From the IMG/VR virus record IMGVR_UViG_3300046674_000373, positions 1 to 64,000 of that record: a DNA stretch of 64,000 nt; one strand, given 5' to 3'. The stretch's first letter is position 1. Each line of letters begins with the position of its first letter. Origin of the DNA: a virus. A program made the position numbers and the translations under genes. Shown one piece after another: positions 27,596 to 37,653 of this stretch. Below the pieces are notes generated by a model. It was given only the letters and a program-made list of their open reading frames with translations. It was not told the DNA's origin and searched no databases.

Positions 27596-27990
27596 CCCCC
27601 GCCCTGTTCCTCGCCGCCGCGGCGGCCAGCGCGCCGCTGTCCTGCCCCTTGACCCTGCCGCGCGAAACGGTCGCGGTGCGCGCCCCGCCGCAGTGGCATG
27701 GCTACGTGCCGCCCGATATCATCCGCCTGACCGGCTTCGGCCTCTTGGGCGGGGCACCGGAAACGCTGAGCTACCTTGCGCCCACAGCCAGCACCCGTAG
27801 CACGGTGGCGCGCAGCACGATCACCTGGCGGCTCGACGCCGATACCCCGCGCTGGCTGTACTGCACCTACGACGATTCGGCCGCGATCCAGATAGCGCGC
27901 CCGCTGCCATCTGGCGGCACGGTCTGCACGATTGCCTACCGCAAGACCAGGCAGGACGGCATTACCGACATGGCCGCCTCCTGCCGCTAG
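27592..27990 (+). CDS. Tai2-like (STY0301 family) periplasmic immunity protein
   Basis: Signal peptide, CP, GAPE...LAP, WLYCTY, four Cys; ATGA-coupled to the amidase. Confidence 0.78.
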   Translation: MTPALFLAAAAASAPLSCPLTLPRETVAVRAPPQWHGYVPPDIIRLTGFGLLGGAPETLSYLAPTASTRSTVARSTITWRLDADTPRWLYCTYDDSAAIQIARPLPSGGTVCTIAYRKTRQDGITDMAASCR

Positions 27991-28195
27991 CGGTCGTCTC
28001 GGTGCGCGCCGCCTTGACCCACCTCACCACCTGGCACGCCGGCACCGTCTAGACTCTGGCGTGCCATGTCCCAGCTACCCCGCCAAAGAGATCGCCGCGC
28101 GCATCAGCTGCGGCCGCGCCGTTTCTTAGATGAAAGAAGGAATGGGTTCGACCGGCGCGCCCGCATTGCGCCGGCGCACCCTCCCAGCCCGCCGT

Positions 28196-31036
28196 TTAGA
28201 TCGGCAGGCCGTTGTCCGGTTCGAGGATCAGGTTCATCGGGATACCGACGGCCTTGGACGTGATGCCGTTGAACTTGAAGCTCTGGTTGTCCATCTTGCT
28301 CGCGCCCGGCACGCGCAAGAGCTGGCCGCGCAGGTTCGTCGAATAGGGCGTCTTCGCGACCAGGTCGGTAATGGCGGCGGAGTTGTTCGAGACCACCAGG
28401 AACTGGCCCTCGTCCGTCCTCTCGATCCGGATCCCGTTCCGGCGCAGGATGGCAACGCACTCTTCGTGGTGCAGTCCGGGCGATCCCGCGCCGCGCGCCG
28501 CGACCTCGGCGATCTCGTACACCGAGTAGTCCACGTGGTTGACGCGCAGCTTCGCGTCGAGGATGGCGCCCAGCGCCTTGGTCGGGTCGTCGGCGTTGCT
28601 GCCGTCGTTCGCGTGCTCCTCCCAGTCGTAGTAGTCGATCAGCTTCAGGGCCTGCTCGTCGGTCGGGACGGCCTTGGAGGTGAGGCACCAGGCGCCCGCC
28701 ATCAGCGTGCCCAGCTGGTCGCCGTCGCGCTGGCGGCCGAAGCGCTTGGCCGCGACGCGGCGGAACACCTTCAGCGTTGCCAGGATCGTGGGCATCATCG
28801 ACAGGGCCCGGTTCAGCAGGCGACTGGAAATTTCCGGGTCGCCGTCGATCTTGTTCAGCTCGGCCTCGAGGCTGTCCCATTGCTGGGCCTGCTCTGGCGT
28901 GACCGGGTTGCTCGGGGTCTTCAGCGCCAGCACGGTCAGGCGGTCGACGTCGGCCTGGCCGCCGGGGAAGTTGGTGTTGATCGACGCCAGGCAGAACATC
29001 GAGCGGATCCGGAACGTGTTGCCGTCGCCGGTCGGCGTGCCCTTGAAGGTCTGGGCCTGCGATTCGGTCGAGGTCTTGCGGATCAGCGCGATCATGCCGG
29101 CCACGCGGCGCTTGTCGGTCTCGTCGTTCGATTCAAGCTCGTCGATCAGCACCGGCAGCGCATCGGCTTTCAGGTTCTGGCGGATGCCGGCCTCGGTACT
29201 GTCACCGTTGGCGTGCAGCGAGATGTCGCGCAGCAGCGCGCCGGCGAACTTGTTTTGGATGGTCGATTTGCCGGACCCGGCCTCGCCGGTGAGCCAGATG
29301 TGCGAGCGCCAGGTCAGCGCGCCGCAGATCGGCGCCAGCATGGCCCAGCCGGCCAGCAGCGCGGCGCTGCCGGGCTTGTTCCAGCGCGCCATGCCGGCGA
29401 CCTTGAGCAGCCAGCGGCCCTCCTCGTCGGTCATCGCCTGAGCATCCTTGTGCTCGGTCAGCAGGTCGGACGCCATCGGGTAGACGTAGGCCGAGCTGAT
29501 CGAGGTGATATCGGTCTTGACGCCGTCGACGGTCAGGTAGCCGCCGTGATGGTAGACGGAGCGGTTCTTGTCGATCCAGGCGCCGCGGCCGCGCACGCGG
29601 CTCGGGTCGTAGATGCCGCGCCGGTGCGCCACGCCGAACAGCCACTCGGCCGCGAGGTTGGTGTCGAACTTCGACTGCCCCTTGGTGCGCGCCGGGAAGT
29701 ACATCTCCCAAAAGTTCAGCGGTGCGTACTCGAGCAGCGCGGTCACGTTCATGTCGCTCTTGGTGAGCACGCAAATCTGGCGCTTGGCGTCGCTGAAGAT
29801 GTAGAAGTCGTTCTGGTTGTAGCCCAGGATGGAGAAGTGCCCGTTGTTGGCGATCTCGTCCTCATCGAAGTCCTGGCGCGGCTCGTCGATCGGGATCGGC
29901 GCGGGCGGAATATCCTGCGGCGGCTCGGGCATGTCGGGCAGCGCCGCGGCGGCCGGATCTGGCTCAGGAGCCGCTGGCGTCTCCTCGTACGGCTTGGCGC
30001 CCGCGATGGCTGCGGCGACCGCTTCTGGTCCGTCGGCCAGGTGCAAGTCGTTGAAGTCGCAGCGCTGCTCCGGAGCGTCGGCCAGCACCGGCACAGCGAC
30101 CAGCGCGCCCACCTCTTGCGCCACCTTGCGTGCGGTGGAGAGGCCCGGGTTCTTCGGATCGTCCTGGTCGTTGTCGGCCAGCATGATGATGATGGCGCTG
30201 GGCACGCGCTCGCGGATGGCCTTGGCAACCGTCGGCAGGTTGCTGGTGTCGAAGCAGGTCAGCACCAGGTGGCCGGTGGCCTCGTGCGCGCTGGCGCAGG
30301 TCGCGTAGCCCTCGCCGAGGCAGAACACCGGCCGGCCGTCTTGCTGGAGCGGCTTGCTGCCGACGGCGAAGAAATGCCCACGCTTCGCGCCATCCTTCAG
30401 GTAGCGCTTCCCGCCGTCCGGCTTTTGCGAGATGCACTGCAGTGAGTGCAGCTTGCCGGTGCGGTCCCGCATCGGCACGTACAGCCCGTTCTTGGTGACC
30501 TCGACCAGCTTCTGCGTGACCTCGCCCGTTTCCGGGTCGGGGTCCTCGTCGAGCCGATACCACGGGCCGACGCGCAGGCCGTAGGACTTGACGCCCTTGC
30601 GCTGCAGGTAGGGGTGGTCGTCGGCCGGGCGGCTCTTGTTCTCCCACAGGTCCAGCGCGAATTCGGCGGCGGCGGCGGCCAGCTGTGCATCAAGTAGCGC
30701 CTGCTCGGCTTCGCGCGCGCGGCGCGCCGCTTGACGCGCCTCAATCTCATCCTTGGTGGGAGGCTTATACTTGGTATCCTCGGTCCAGCCGCGCTGCTTG
30801 GCCTCATAGATCAAAGTACCGAGCCCGACCGCGCCGGGCCCGTCAGCCTTGATCGACTTCCAGGCGGATTTGGCGTCCTTGGCGTTGTAGCCGGCGGCGG
30901 TCAGGCTCCATTCGTCCCAGAGGTAAAAGCCATCGTCGCCGAGCTCGGACTTGATGGCGCAGCCGATACGGATCCAGAATCTCCGTTCCAGATCGGCTGG
31001 GATTGCGGTTAGTGCTGAACGAATGCGGTCATGCAT
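28196..31036 (-). CDS. primase-helicase (PriCT-2, Toprim, P-loop)
   Basis: WIRIGCAIK...WDEWS; EGYAT, ADND, DFND; GEAGSGKS, LIDE. Confidence 0.9.
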   Translation of the reverse strand: MHDRIRSALTAIPADLERRFWIRIGCAIKSELGDDGFYLWDEWSLTAAGYNAKDAKSAWKSIKADGPGAVGLGTLIYEAKQRGWTEDTKYKPPTKDEIEARQAARRAREAEQALLDAQLAAAAAEFALDLWENKSRPADDHPYLQRKGVKSYGLRVGPWYRLDEDPDPETGEVTQKLVEVTKNGLYVPMRDRTGKLHSLQCISQKPDGGKRYLKDGAKRGHFFAVGSKPLQQDGRPVFCLGEGYATCASAHEATGHLVLTCFDTSNLPTVAKAIRERVPSAIIIMLADNDQDDPKNPGLSTARKVAQEVGALVAVPVLADAPEQRCDFNDLHLADGPEAVAAAIAGAKPYEETPAAPEPDPAAAALPDMPEPPQDIPPAPIPIDEPRQDFDEDEIANNGHFSILGYNQNDFYIFSDAKRQICVLTKSDMNVTALLEYAPLNFWEMYFPARTKGQSKFDTNLAAEWLFGVAHRRGIYDPSRVRGRGAWIDKNRSVYHHGGYLTVDGVKTDITSISSAYVYPMASDLLTEHKDAQAMTDEEGRWLLKVAGMARWNKPGSAALLAGWAMLAPICGALTWRSHIWLTGEAGSGKSTIQNKFAGALLRDISLHANGDSTEAGIRQNLKADALPVLIDELESNDETDKRRVAGMIALIRKTSTESQAQTFKGTPTGDGNTFRIRSMFCLASINTNFPGGQADVDRLTVLALKTPSNPVTPEQAQQWDSLEAELNKIDGDPEISSRLLNRALSMMPTILATLKVFRRVAAKRFGRQRDGDQLGTLMAGAWCLTSKAVPTDEQALKLIDYYDWEEHANDGSNADDPTKALGAILDAKLRVNHVDYSVYEIAEVAARGAGSPGLHHEECVAILRRNGIRIERTDEGQFLVVSNNSAAITDLVAKTPYSTNLRGQLLRVPGASKMDNQSFKFNGITSKAVGIPMNLILEPDNGLPI

Positions 31037-31059
31037 AAACGCCGCAGACCTGAATGAAT

Positions 31060-31170
31060 TTAAACAAAGCCGCTCCCCATCCCGTCCTCCCCTTACATTT
31101 GAATAGGTGGGCGGCACACGCAGGGGGAGGACCACGCGCGCCTGTTCAGCCGGGAGCTAACCGGCGATAG
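31060..31170 (-). promoter_or_regulatory. structured leader with 6-codon uORF upstream of primase
   Basis: GTCCTCCCC/GGGGAGGAC stem; uORF MGSGFV at 31080-31060. Confidence 0.4.
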
Positions 31171-31254
31171 CCCGTAGAAAGCATGCAATATTGGCGCTGG
31201 AATCGCGCGAGTATTGCTGTGTAATTAATGGCTGAGGAGTGTATCTTACCGGAA

Positions 31255-31698
31255 TTAAGTGCTGCCGGGACACTTCCACTCAGAAATTATTTTTGCAGCC
31301 TCTTCCGGCGAGTTGGCAATACCAGCGATGCCGCCGGCGCGCTGGACGACGTCGCGCCACGTGATCTGCGCCGGTGACGCGCGGCCACCCTTGCTGCGCT
31401 TGCACTCGATCGACGTGAACACGGCAACGTCGCGGCCGACCATCTCCTGCGTGATCTCGACCGTGGTCCAGCCCGGCAGGTCGCAGGCGCCAGCAACCGG
31501 ATCGCCTTTGACGTCGGCGAAGCCGAGCGCGATCGAGCGCGGCGCGCGGATCAGGACGGCACCGTCTGGCAGGCGCGTGATGCCCTTCGGCCCCAGGTTG
31601 GACAGCCAGGCGCGGCCCTCGTTGAGCCGGAAGAGGCGGCACGCGAACTGCTGCAGGTGCAGCCAGATCGCGCGCTGGTTGGTGCCTTCAAGAGCCAT
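31255..31698 (-). CDS. VRR-NUC nuclease
   Basis: LFRLN.G, G..DL.G, IECK, Q..W...V...GG. Confidence 0.85.
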   Translation of the reverse strand: MALEGTNQRAIWLHLQQFACRLFRLNEGRAWLSNLGPKGITRLPDGAVLIRAPRSIALGFADVKGDPVAGACDLPGWTTVEITQEMVGRDVAVFTSIECKRSKGGRASPAQITWRDVVQRAGGIAGIANSPEEAAKIISEWKCPGST

Positions 31699-31707
31699 CG
31701 GTCAGCG

Positions 31708-32148
31708 TCAGAAGGGGATATCGTCATCGACGGCGCCGCCGGCCGGTGCCGCGGGCCGGGCTGCCGGCCGCTGCTGGGGCGTCGGCTGCTGGCGCTGCGC
31801 CGGCGCGCCGCCCTGCTCGCCATCCTGCTTGGTGCCGCCCAGCATCTGCATGTTCTCGGCGACGATCTCGGTCGCGTAGCGCTCGATGCCGTCCTTGTCG
31901 GTGTACTTGCGGGTTTGGAGACGGCCCTCCACATAGACCGACGAGCCTTTCTTCAGGTACTGCCCGACCACCTCTGCCAGGCGGCCGAAGAAAGAGACGC
32001 GGTGCCACTCGGTGACGGGTTCCTTGTCCTTCGGCTTGTACGAGGTGGCGACGGCGATGTTTGCGATCGCGTCTCCGGACGGCAGATATTTAATTTCCGG
32101 GTCGCGGCCCAAGTTTCCAATCAGCTGCACCTTATTCAAACTGGCCAT
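31708..32148 (-). CDS. ssb: single-stranded DNA-binding protein
   Basis: [26 protein letters not shown] tail. Confidence 0.97.
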   Translation of the reverse strand: MASLNKVQLIGNLGRDPEIKYLPSGDAIANIAVATSYKPKDKEPVTEWHRVSFFGRLAEVVGQYLKKGSSVYVEGRLQTRKYTDKDGIERYATEIVAENMQMLGGTKQDGEQGGAPAQRQQPTPQQRPAARPAAPAGGAVDDDIPF

Positions 32149-32665
32149 TTTCGCTCCTTGTGCGTTTCACATAGTTTTCGATCCCATGGTGCCGGGCATG
32201 CTCAGCGCGGGTCATGAGTTCAAGATTGTCGGGGTCGTTGTTGGTTTTGTTTTCATCTTTATGGTGAACCACTTCGTTTTCCGTGATCCGCCGTCCGATG
32301 ATCTTCTCCATCTCGACCACATGAACGGAGCGCCCCTTGTGTTCTCCGGTCGTGTATTCGAGGTACCCGTTTGGCCTCAGGGATACCCCCGCAGCGCTTT
32401 TCACTCGGCTGCTTTGCTGGTGCCCGAGTGACATCTTTCTTTTCGTGTCCTCGCTATGTGGACGCCTCTTTCCGATCAGGTGAACACCGAGCTTGTGCGA
32501 CACGGCCTTGATCCCATCCGCTCGAGAACGCAGAGGAATGCCGAAATCGATAAGCCGATTACGCGCCGTCGATATAGTTAGACCGGTTATCTTTGCGATG
32601 TCCGGGATGCTTTTCGTTTCGGCCACATAAAGGCGCTCCAGATATTCTTTGTCGATTGGCTGCAT
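32132..32665 (-). CDS. HNH homing endonuclease with NUMOD3-like motif
   Basis: [10 protein letters not shown]; [12 protein letters not shown]...NLELM...H; lower GC. Confidence 0.88.
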   Translation of the reverse strand: MQPIDKEYLERLYVAETKSIPDIAKITGLTISTARNRLIDFGIPLRSRADGIKAVSHKLGVHLIGKRRPHSEDTKRKMSLGHQQSSRVKSAAGVSLRPNGYLEYTTGEHKGRSVHVVEMEKIIGRRITENEVVHHKDENKTNNDPDNLELMTRAEHARHHGIENYVKRTRSENGQFE

Positions 32666-32683
32666 AAAGAGTGGTGTCACAAC

Positions 32684-34204
32684 CTAAAAATTGTTCTGGT
32701 ATTTTTCGCGGGCGCGCTGCTTGGAGCCAAAAGTATGGCGAGCCCAATTCGGCGAGTAGCCCATCTTCGCGCCGTAGGCCTCGAGCTCTGGCAGCGTCTT
32801 CATGTTCCGGATGGTCTGCTGGCGCTGCTTCTTCATCAGCTCGCGCATCTCGGGCGTGACCTCCTCGAGGTTGCCCTCTGCGTATTCCAGCTTGCGCGGC
32901 TTGGTCTCGTACACGTGGCCACAGCCGGGGCACTCCGGCGCTGGGACGTGGACCAAGTGGCACTTCGGGCACTGCGCGAGGTCGAGCTCCTTCTTTTCCT
33001 TCTTCTTGCCCTTGCCCTTGACCTCACCCTCGAGCGACCACTCGCGCTCGTCGTCGGCGAAGCCGTGTTTGAGGGTTAGGCCCGCATGGTCGAGCACATA
33101 AAAGATACGACCTTTTGGCCCAGCGTCGATCGCGGCAAAGCGCTGCTCGATGCTGTCGAGTGGCATCCCTGGCGCGTAGACAAGCCTCGATCCACGGCCG
33201 ACGAATTGCAGGTATGATGACAACGACATGGAAGGACGCAGCAGGATCACCGCTCCGACACACGGGCAATCCCAGCCTTCGACGAGAAGCATTGCCGAGG
33301 TAACCACCTTCAGCTTTCCATTTTCCAGCTCGCGCGTAGCTCGCTCGCGCTCCTCAGAAGTGCTCTCGCCACAAAGCATCATGGCCGGAATGCCAGCTGC
33401 ATTGAATTCGTCGGCAACGTGCTGTGCGTGCGCGACGTTCGCGCACCAGGCTGCAGCTGGAACCCCCGGGCAAATTCGTTTCCAGTTTTCTATGGCCGAG
33501 CCGGTAATCTTCGGCTTGTCCATGACTGCGGCCAGCGAATCGCTGTCGAAGTCCTTTCCGCGCATCTTGACTTCGGAGAGGTCGACTTTGATCGGCGCCG
33601 CGTAGACAACAGGTCGAGCGAGGTAGGCCTGCTCGATCATTTGGCGGAAGCTGATACCTTGGACGATCTCGTCGAACAGGCCGCCACTGTGACGGCCAAG
33701 GCCTTTTCCATCAAGGCGAATCGGACTTCCGGTCACACCGAGGATGCGGGCGGGGTGGAAGTGGTTGCAAATGTCGAGGTATGACTTGGCGGCGCTGAGG
33801 TGGCATTCGTCGATCACGATCAGATCGAATGCGTCTGGTGGAAGATTTTTAAGGCGCCGAACCAGGGTCTGGACACTAGCCAACTGCACTTTGCGCATTC
33901 GGTTTGGCGTGAATCCAGACATGATGATGCCGTGCGCAACGCCATAGTCGGTCAACTTGCGACTCGCCTGTTTAATCAGGATGTCGCGGTGGGCGAGGAT
34001 GAGAACTCGGTTTCCTTTGTTTGCAGCGCTGCGGGCAATAAAACTGAAAACAACCGTTTTCCCAGATCCGGTAGCAGCCACCAGCAGCACCGCTTTCACT
34101 TTGGCCGCGAACCTAGCCCGGACCTTGGCGACGAAATCTTCCTGGTAGTCGCGCAACGCGACAATGACGGACTGCACGCCCGCCACGATGGCATTCTGGC
34201 TCAT
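32684..34204 (-). CDS. SF2 DEAD/DEAH-type helicase with C-terminal zinc ribbon
   Basis: ATGSGKT, DECH, TGSP, QFVGRGSR, CPKC/CPGC. Confidence 0.93.
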   Translation of the reverse strand: MSQNAIVAGVQSVIVALRDYQEDFVAKVRARFAAKVKAVLLVAATGSGKTVVFSFIARSAANKGNRVLILAHRDILIKQASRKLTDYGVAHGIIMSGFTPNRMRKVQLASVQTLVRRLKNLPPDAFDLIVIDECHLSAAKSYLDICNHFHPARILGVTGSPIRLDGKGLGRHSGGLFDEIVQGISFRQMIEQAYLARPVVYAAPIKVDLSEVKMRGKDFDSDSLAAVMDKPKITGSAIENWKRICPGVPAAAWCANVAHAQHVADEFNAAGIPAMMLCGESTSEERERATRELENGKLKVVTSAMLLVEGWDCPCVGAVILLRPSMSLSSYLQFVGRGSRLVYAPGMPLDSIEQRFAAIDAGPKGRIFYVLDHAGLTLKHGFADDEREWSLEGEVKGKGKKKEKKELDLAQCPKCHLVHVPAPECPGCGHVYETKPRKLEYAEGNLEEVTPEMRELMKKQRQQTIRNMKTLPELEAYGAKMGYSPNWARHTFGSKQRAREKYQNNF

Positions 34205-34225
34205 GGGTGGCCCTACGGCAGCGGA

Positions 34226-34480
34226 TTACTGCTGCGCAGCGCCGCCGGCAGCGGCCTGTTTCTCGCGAAATTCCTGCTCCAGCCGCATCACCTCGGCATC
34301 CATCTCGTCCAGCTTGGTCACCGACTGCGGCGGCCGGGTCATCCAGCGCTCGTAGGTCGCGCGCGCGATGCCGGTGTTCTTGGTGACCTGGGTCATGTTG
34401 GAGCCAACCGCCTTCGCGCGCTTCTCCATATCTTCCAGCCGCGCATGCATTTCGGCGGCAAAAGTCGTCTTCTCGGACAT
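34226..34480 (-). CDS. Cro-like HTH regulator
   Basis: MTQVTKNTGIARATYERW; first gene of the leftward replication operon. Confidence 0.7.
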   Translation of the reverse strand: MSEKTTFAAEMHARLEDMEKRAKAVGSNMTQVTKNTGIARATYERWMTRPPQSVTKLDEMDAEVMRLEQEFREKQAAAGGAAQQ

Positions 34481-34656
34481 AGACACTCCAATAAAAATTT
34501 TTCTAATTGTAGCCGAAAATCACTACTACACACAAAAATATTGTATGATTATTGCGTGTAGTTAAGTGCATTTCAGAGTATTGGAGTGCCGCAGGCTTGA
34601 TTGCATCGCCTGCTTTCCTTCATTTTTATTGAGTGATTTGTTTCGGAACCGAACCT

Positions 34657-35688
34657 ATGACGGATCTATACGATCAGGGCGGCGGCAAGTTTGCGCCAGC
34701 TATTGACCACCCGACAGGCCTGGTGGAGTGCAGTAACGAAGAGTACCACTCGGGCCCGGGCATCAGCAAAAGCTCCCTGGATGCCATCGCGATAAGCCCG
34801 CTCTACTATTGGGATGCCTACCTTAATCCTGACCGCGAACCGCGCGAGGAGAAACATTGCTTCGCTGTTGGCGACGGCACGCACAAGCTGGTGCTGGAAC
34901 CGGGCGAATTCGAAAAGCACTACGATGTCGGCTTCGACAAGTCGAAGTACCCGAGCGCGCTGAATACTTCCGACGACTTGCGGCAGGCGCTGGCTAAGCA
35001 TGGCGAGATGGTCAGCAGCAAGGCGGCCAAGCCGGAATTGATCCGCATGCTGCTGGAGATCGACCCGGCCGCCGAGATCCTCGCCGAGCTGGAGCGTAAG
35101 TACAACGAGGGCCTCCGCGGGAAGACCCTGATCGACGCCAAATCCTACAAGGACATGCTGGGCATGCTGCGCGCGGTGAACAACCACCACACCGCGCCCG
35201 GGCTGCTCTTCAATGCCAGTACCGAGCAGTCGTTCTATGTGGTCGACCAGTTCGGCGTGCTGCGCAAGTGCCGGACGGACGCGATCACCTTCGACGGGCG
35301 GTACGTGGCCGACCTGAAGACTACCGACGACGTGAGCGAGGCCGGGTTCGGCCGCACGATCGCGCAGCGCCGCTACCATGTTCAGGCGGCCTGGTACCTC
35401 GACATCCTCAAGATGCTCTACGGCGCCGACGCCCCGCGCGAATTCGTGTTCATCGCGGCGCAGAAGACGCGCCCATACGACGTCGCAGTGCACTTTCTGA
35501 ACGAGGCCGACATCCACCTCGGCCGCCGCCTCTACCAGCAGGACCTCGCCACCTACATCCACTGCCTGCGCGCCGGTTATTGGCCCGGCGCCGACGGCGG
35601 CGAAATCATCCAGGCGCGGCTGCCGAACTGGGCCGAGTACCAGGCGGATGCCGCCGACCTGTCCGGCTGGAACGCGCTGGCCGCCTGA
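34657..35688 (+). CDS. PD-(D/E)XK exonuclease VIII/RecE-like
   Basis: YH...ISKS, G...H...LEP, KCRTD, DLKTT, YHVQAAWY. Confidence 0.9.
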   Translation: MTDLYDQGGGKFAPAIDHPTGLVECSNEEYHSGPGISKSSLDAIAISPLYYWDAYLNPDREPREEKHCFAVGDGTHKLVLEPGEFEKHYDVGFDKSKYPSALNTSDDLRQALAKHGEMVSSKAAKPELIRMLLEIDPAAEILAELERKYNEGLRGKTLIDAKSYKDMLGMLRAVNNHHTAPGLLFNASTEQSFYVVDQFGVLRKCRTDAITFDGRYVADLKTTDDVSEAGFGRTIAQRRYHVQAAWYLDILKMLYGADAPREFVFIAAQKTRPYDVAVHFLNEADIHLGRRLYQQDLATYIHCLRAGYWPGADGGEIIQARLPNWAEYQADAADLSGWNALAA

Positions 35689-35716
35689 TCACCTTCCCCA
35701 ACCACCGAGAGCACAC

Positions 35717-36301
35717 ATGAGCAAGTTCACAGTCGAAGAGCGCGGCAAGTGCGTCATCATCTACGGATTCATGCCAGTAGACTGGCTGTCGCGCTTTAGC
35801 AAAATGATGCCAGGCGCGCTCGTCGCTCCGCATCTGGCGCAGATGCTGGGCGCGCACTTCGCGTTCGGCCTGAAGGCCGACGTCGACGCGCTGATCGCCG
35901 AGCTGAAGCCACAGGTCGAGGCCCGCGTGCGCGCTGAGCCTGCCAACAGCAACCTCTCTCACGAGGCCTCCATCTGGCTGGCCTCCGGCGAGCGCGGCGT
36001 CAGCAGCAACACGATCTTTTCCAAGCTGACCGGCGTCGACTCGCTGGACAACTGGACGGCTGACTGCCCCTCGGACGTTTGGGACCTGCGCCGCTGCCGG
36101 CTGCTGCTGGAGCAGGTGCCTGAGCTCGTCGCCCGGTTTCCGCAGATGGCGACGGCATCGAAGCGCTGGTCCGCCCTCGTGCGCGAGTGGGACACGATCT
36201 GCCGTGTGATGGACGAGGAACTGCCGAACTGGCGCAACCCGAAACTGAACGACAACGCCCCCATGACCTACAAACTTCTCAAACAGGCCGTCGGCCACTA
36301 A
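35717..36301 (+). CDS. hypothetical protein
   Basis: GERGVSS...PSD..DLRRC..LL motif. Confidence 0.75.
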   Translation: MSKFTVEERGKCVIIYGFMPVDWLSRFSKMMPGALVAPHLAQMLGAHFAFGLKADVDALIAELKPQVEARVRAEPANSNLSHEASIWLASGERGVSSNTIFSKLTGVDSLDNWTADCPSDVWDLRRCRLLLEQVPELVARFPQMATASKRWSALVREWDTICRVMDEELPNWRNPKLNDNAPMTYKLLKQAVGH

Positions 36302-36306
36302 CCACC

Positions 36307-37629
36307 ATGACCACAAAAAAAATCGCGAAGGTACGCATCAGCAACATCCTCGGCATCGACGAGCTGGAGTTCACGCCGGACGGCAAGCTGACCGAGATCA
36401 CCGGCAAGAACGGCAAGGGCAAGACCTCGGTGCTGGAGGCGATCAAGTCGGTCGCAGGCGGATCCGACGCCACGCTCCTGCGCAAGGGCGCCGAAAAGGG
36501 CGAGGTCGTCCTGGTGCTGGACGACGGCACCGAGCTGATCAACAAGGTGACCGCGTCGAGCAGCACCAAGACGATGATCCGCGACGGCAAGAAGGTGCCG
36601 AAGCCAGCCGACGCCATCCGCCAGCTGGTCGACCTGCTGTCGGTGAACCCGGTCGAGTTCCTGACCGCGCGCAAGCAGGACCGCGTCAAGGTACTGCTTG
36701 AGGCGATGCCGATCGAGCTCGACGTCGAGAAGCTGTCCCGGATCGCCGGCGTGCCTGTCAAGGCCGCGCCAGGCGTGCCGGCCCTCGACCTGATCGAGCT
36801 GGTGCGCAAGCAGGTCTACGAGGACCGCACCGGCACGAACCGTGCCGTCAAGGAGAAGGACTCCACGATCAACCAGATGACGCTGGCGCTGCCGGAAGTG
36901 CCGGAAGGCGTCAGCGGCAACGAGGACGAGCTGCGTGCGCAGCTGGAGCAGGCGCGGACCACGCGGGACGCCGAGCACCAGCGGATCGCGACCAAGCTCG
37001 ACGGGATCCGCAAGGAGAACTCGGACAAGGTCGCCACGCTTCGCGCCGAGGCTCAGGCCCAGATCGATGCGATCAACGCGAAGCTGCAGCAGGACGTCGA
37101 CGCAGCGAAGGCAGAGCTGACCGACTGGGAAGGCAAGGCGGCGCGCCAGCGCGAGCTGACCACCGAGCGCTTCACCACCGCGGCGTCGCCGCTGAACGAA
37201 GCGCTGGCCGTCATCAAGTCCAGCCGCGACACCTTCGCCAAGCGCGAGCAGGCCGAGGCCTACATCAAACAGATGCAGGAGGAGCTGGCAGGCCTGCAGC
37301 AGGACGCCGACCGCCAGACCAAGGCGCTGGACGCGATCGACGCCTACAAGGTCGAGCTGATCAGCAAGTTGCCGATCCCGGGTCTCGAAGTGGTCAACGG
37401 CGAGGTGCTGCGCAACGGCATCGTGTTCGACCGCCTCAACACGGCGCAGCAGGTCGATATCGCGATCGAAATCGCCAAGCTGCGCGCCGGCGAACTGGCC
37501 ATCGCCTGCGTCGACAACTTCGAAATGCTCGACCCGGAAGCCTTCGAAGAGTTCCGCGCGCGCGCCGAGGAATCGAACCTCCAGCTCTTCGTCACCCGCG
37601 TCACCGGCGACGAATTCCAGATTCAGTAA
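36307..37629 (+). CDS. SMC/SbcC-like AAA ATPase
   Basis: GKNGKGKTS, long coiled coil, CVDNFE. Confidence 0.88.
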   Translation: MTTKKIAKVRISNILGIDELEFTPDGKLTEITGKNGKGKTSVLEAIKSVAGGSDATLLRKGAEKGEVVLVLDDGTELINKVTASSSTKTMIRDGKKVPKPADAIRQLVDLLSVNPVEFLTARKQDRVKVLLEAMPIELDVEKLSRIAGVPVKAAPGVPALDLIELVRKQVYEDRTGTNRAVKEKDSTINQMTLALPEVPEGVSGNEDELRAQLEQARTTRDAEHQRIATKLDGIRKENSDKVATLRAEAQAQIDAINAKLQQDVDAAKAELTDWEGKAARQRELTTERFTTAASPLNEALAVIKSSRDTFAKREQAEAYIKQMQEELAGLQQDADRQTKALDAIDAYKVELISKLPIPGLEVVNGEVLRNGIVFDRLNTAQQVDIAIEIAKLRAGELAIACVDNFEMLDPEAFEEFRARAEESNLQLFVTRVTGDEFQIQ

Positions 37630-37653
37630 CCCCCACCACTCTCAGGAGAGAAC

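Noticed and set aside
28040-28263. TGGCACGCC inverted repeat and 65-aa Arg-rich ORF
   Set aside because: No RBS and overlaps the primase 3' end; insufficient support
32668-32683. GTTGTGAC-ACC-A-CT-CT late-promoter-like match before the HNH gene
   Set aside because: Core mismatch, and the ATG lies only 3 nt after the motif, upstream of the expected start site
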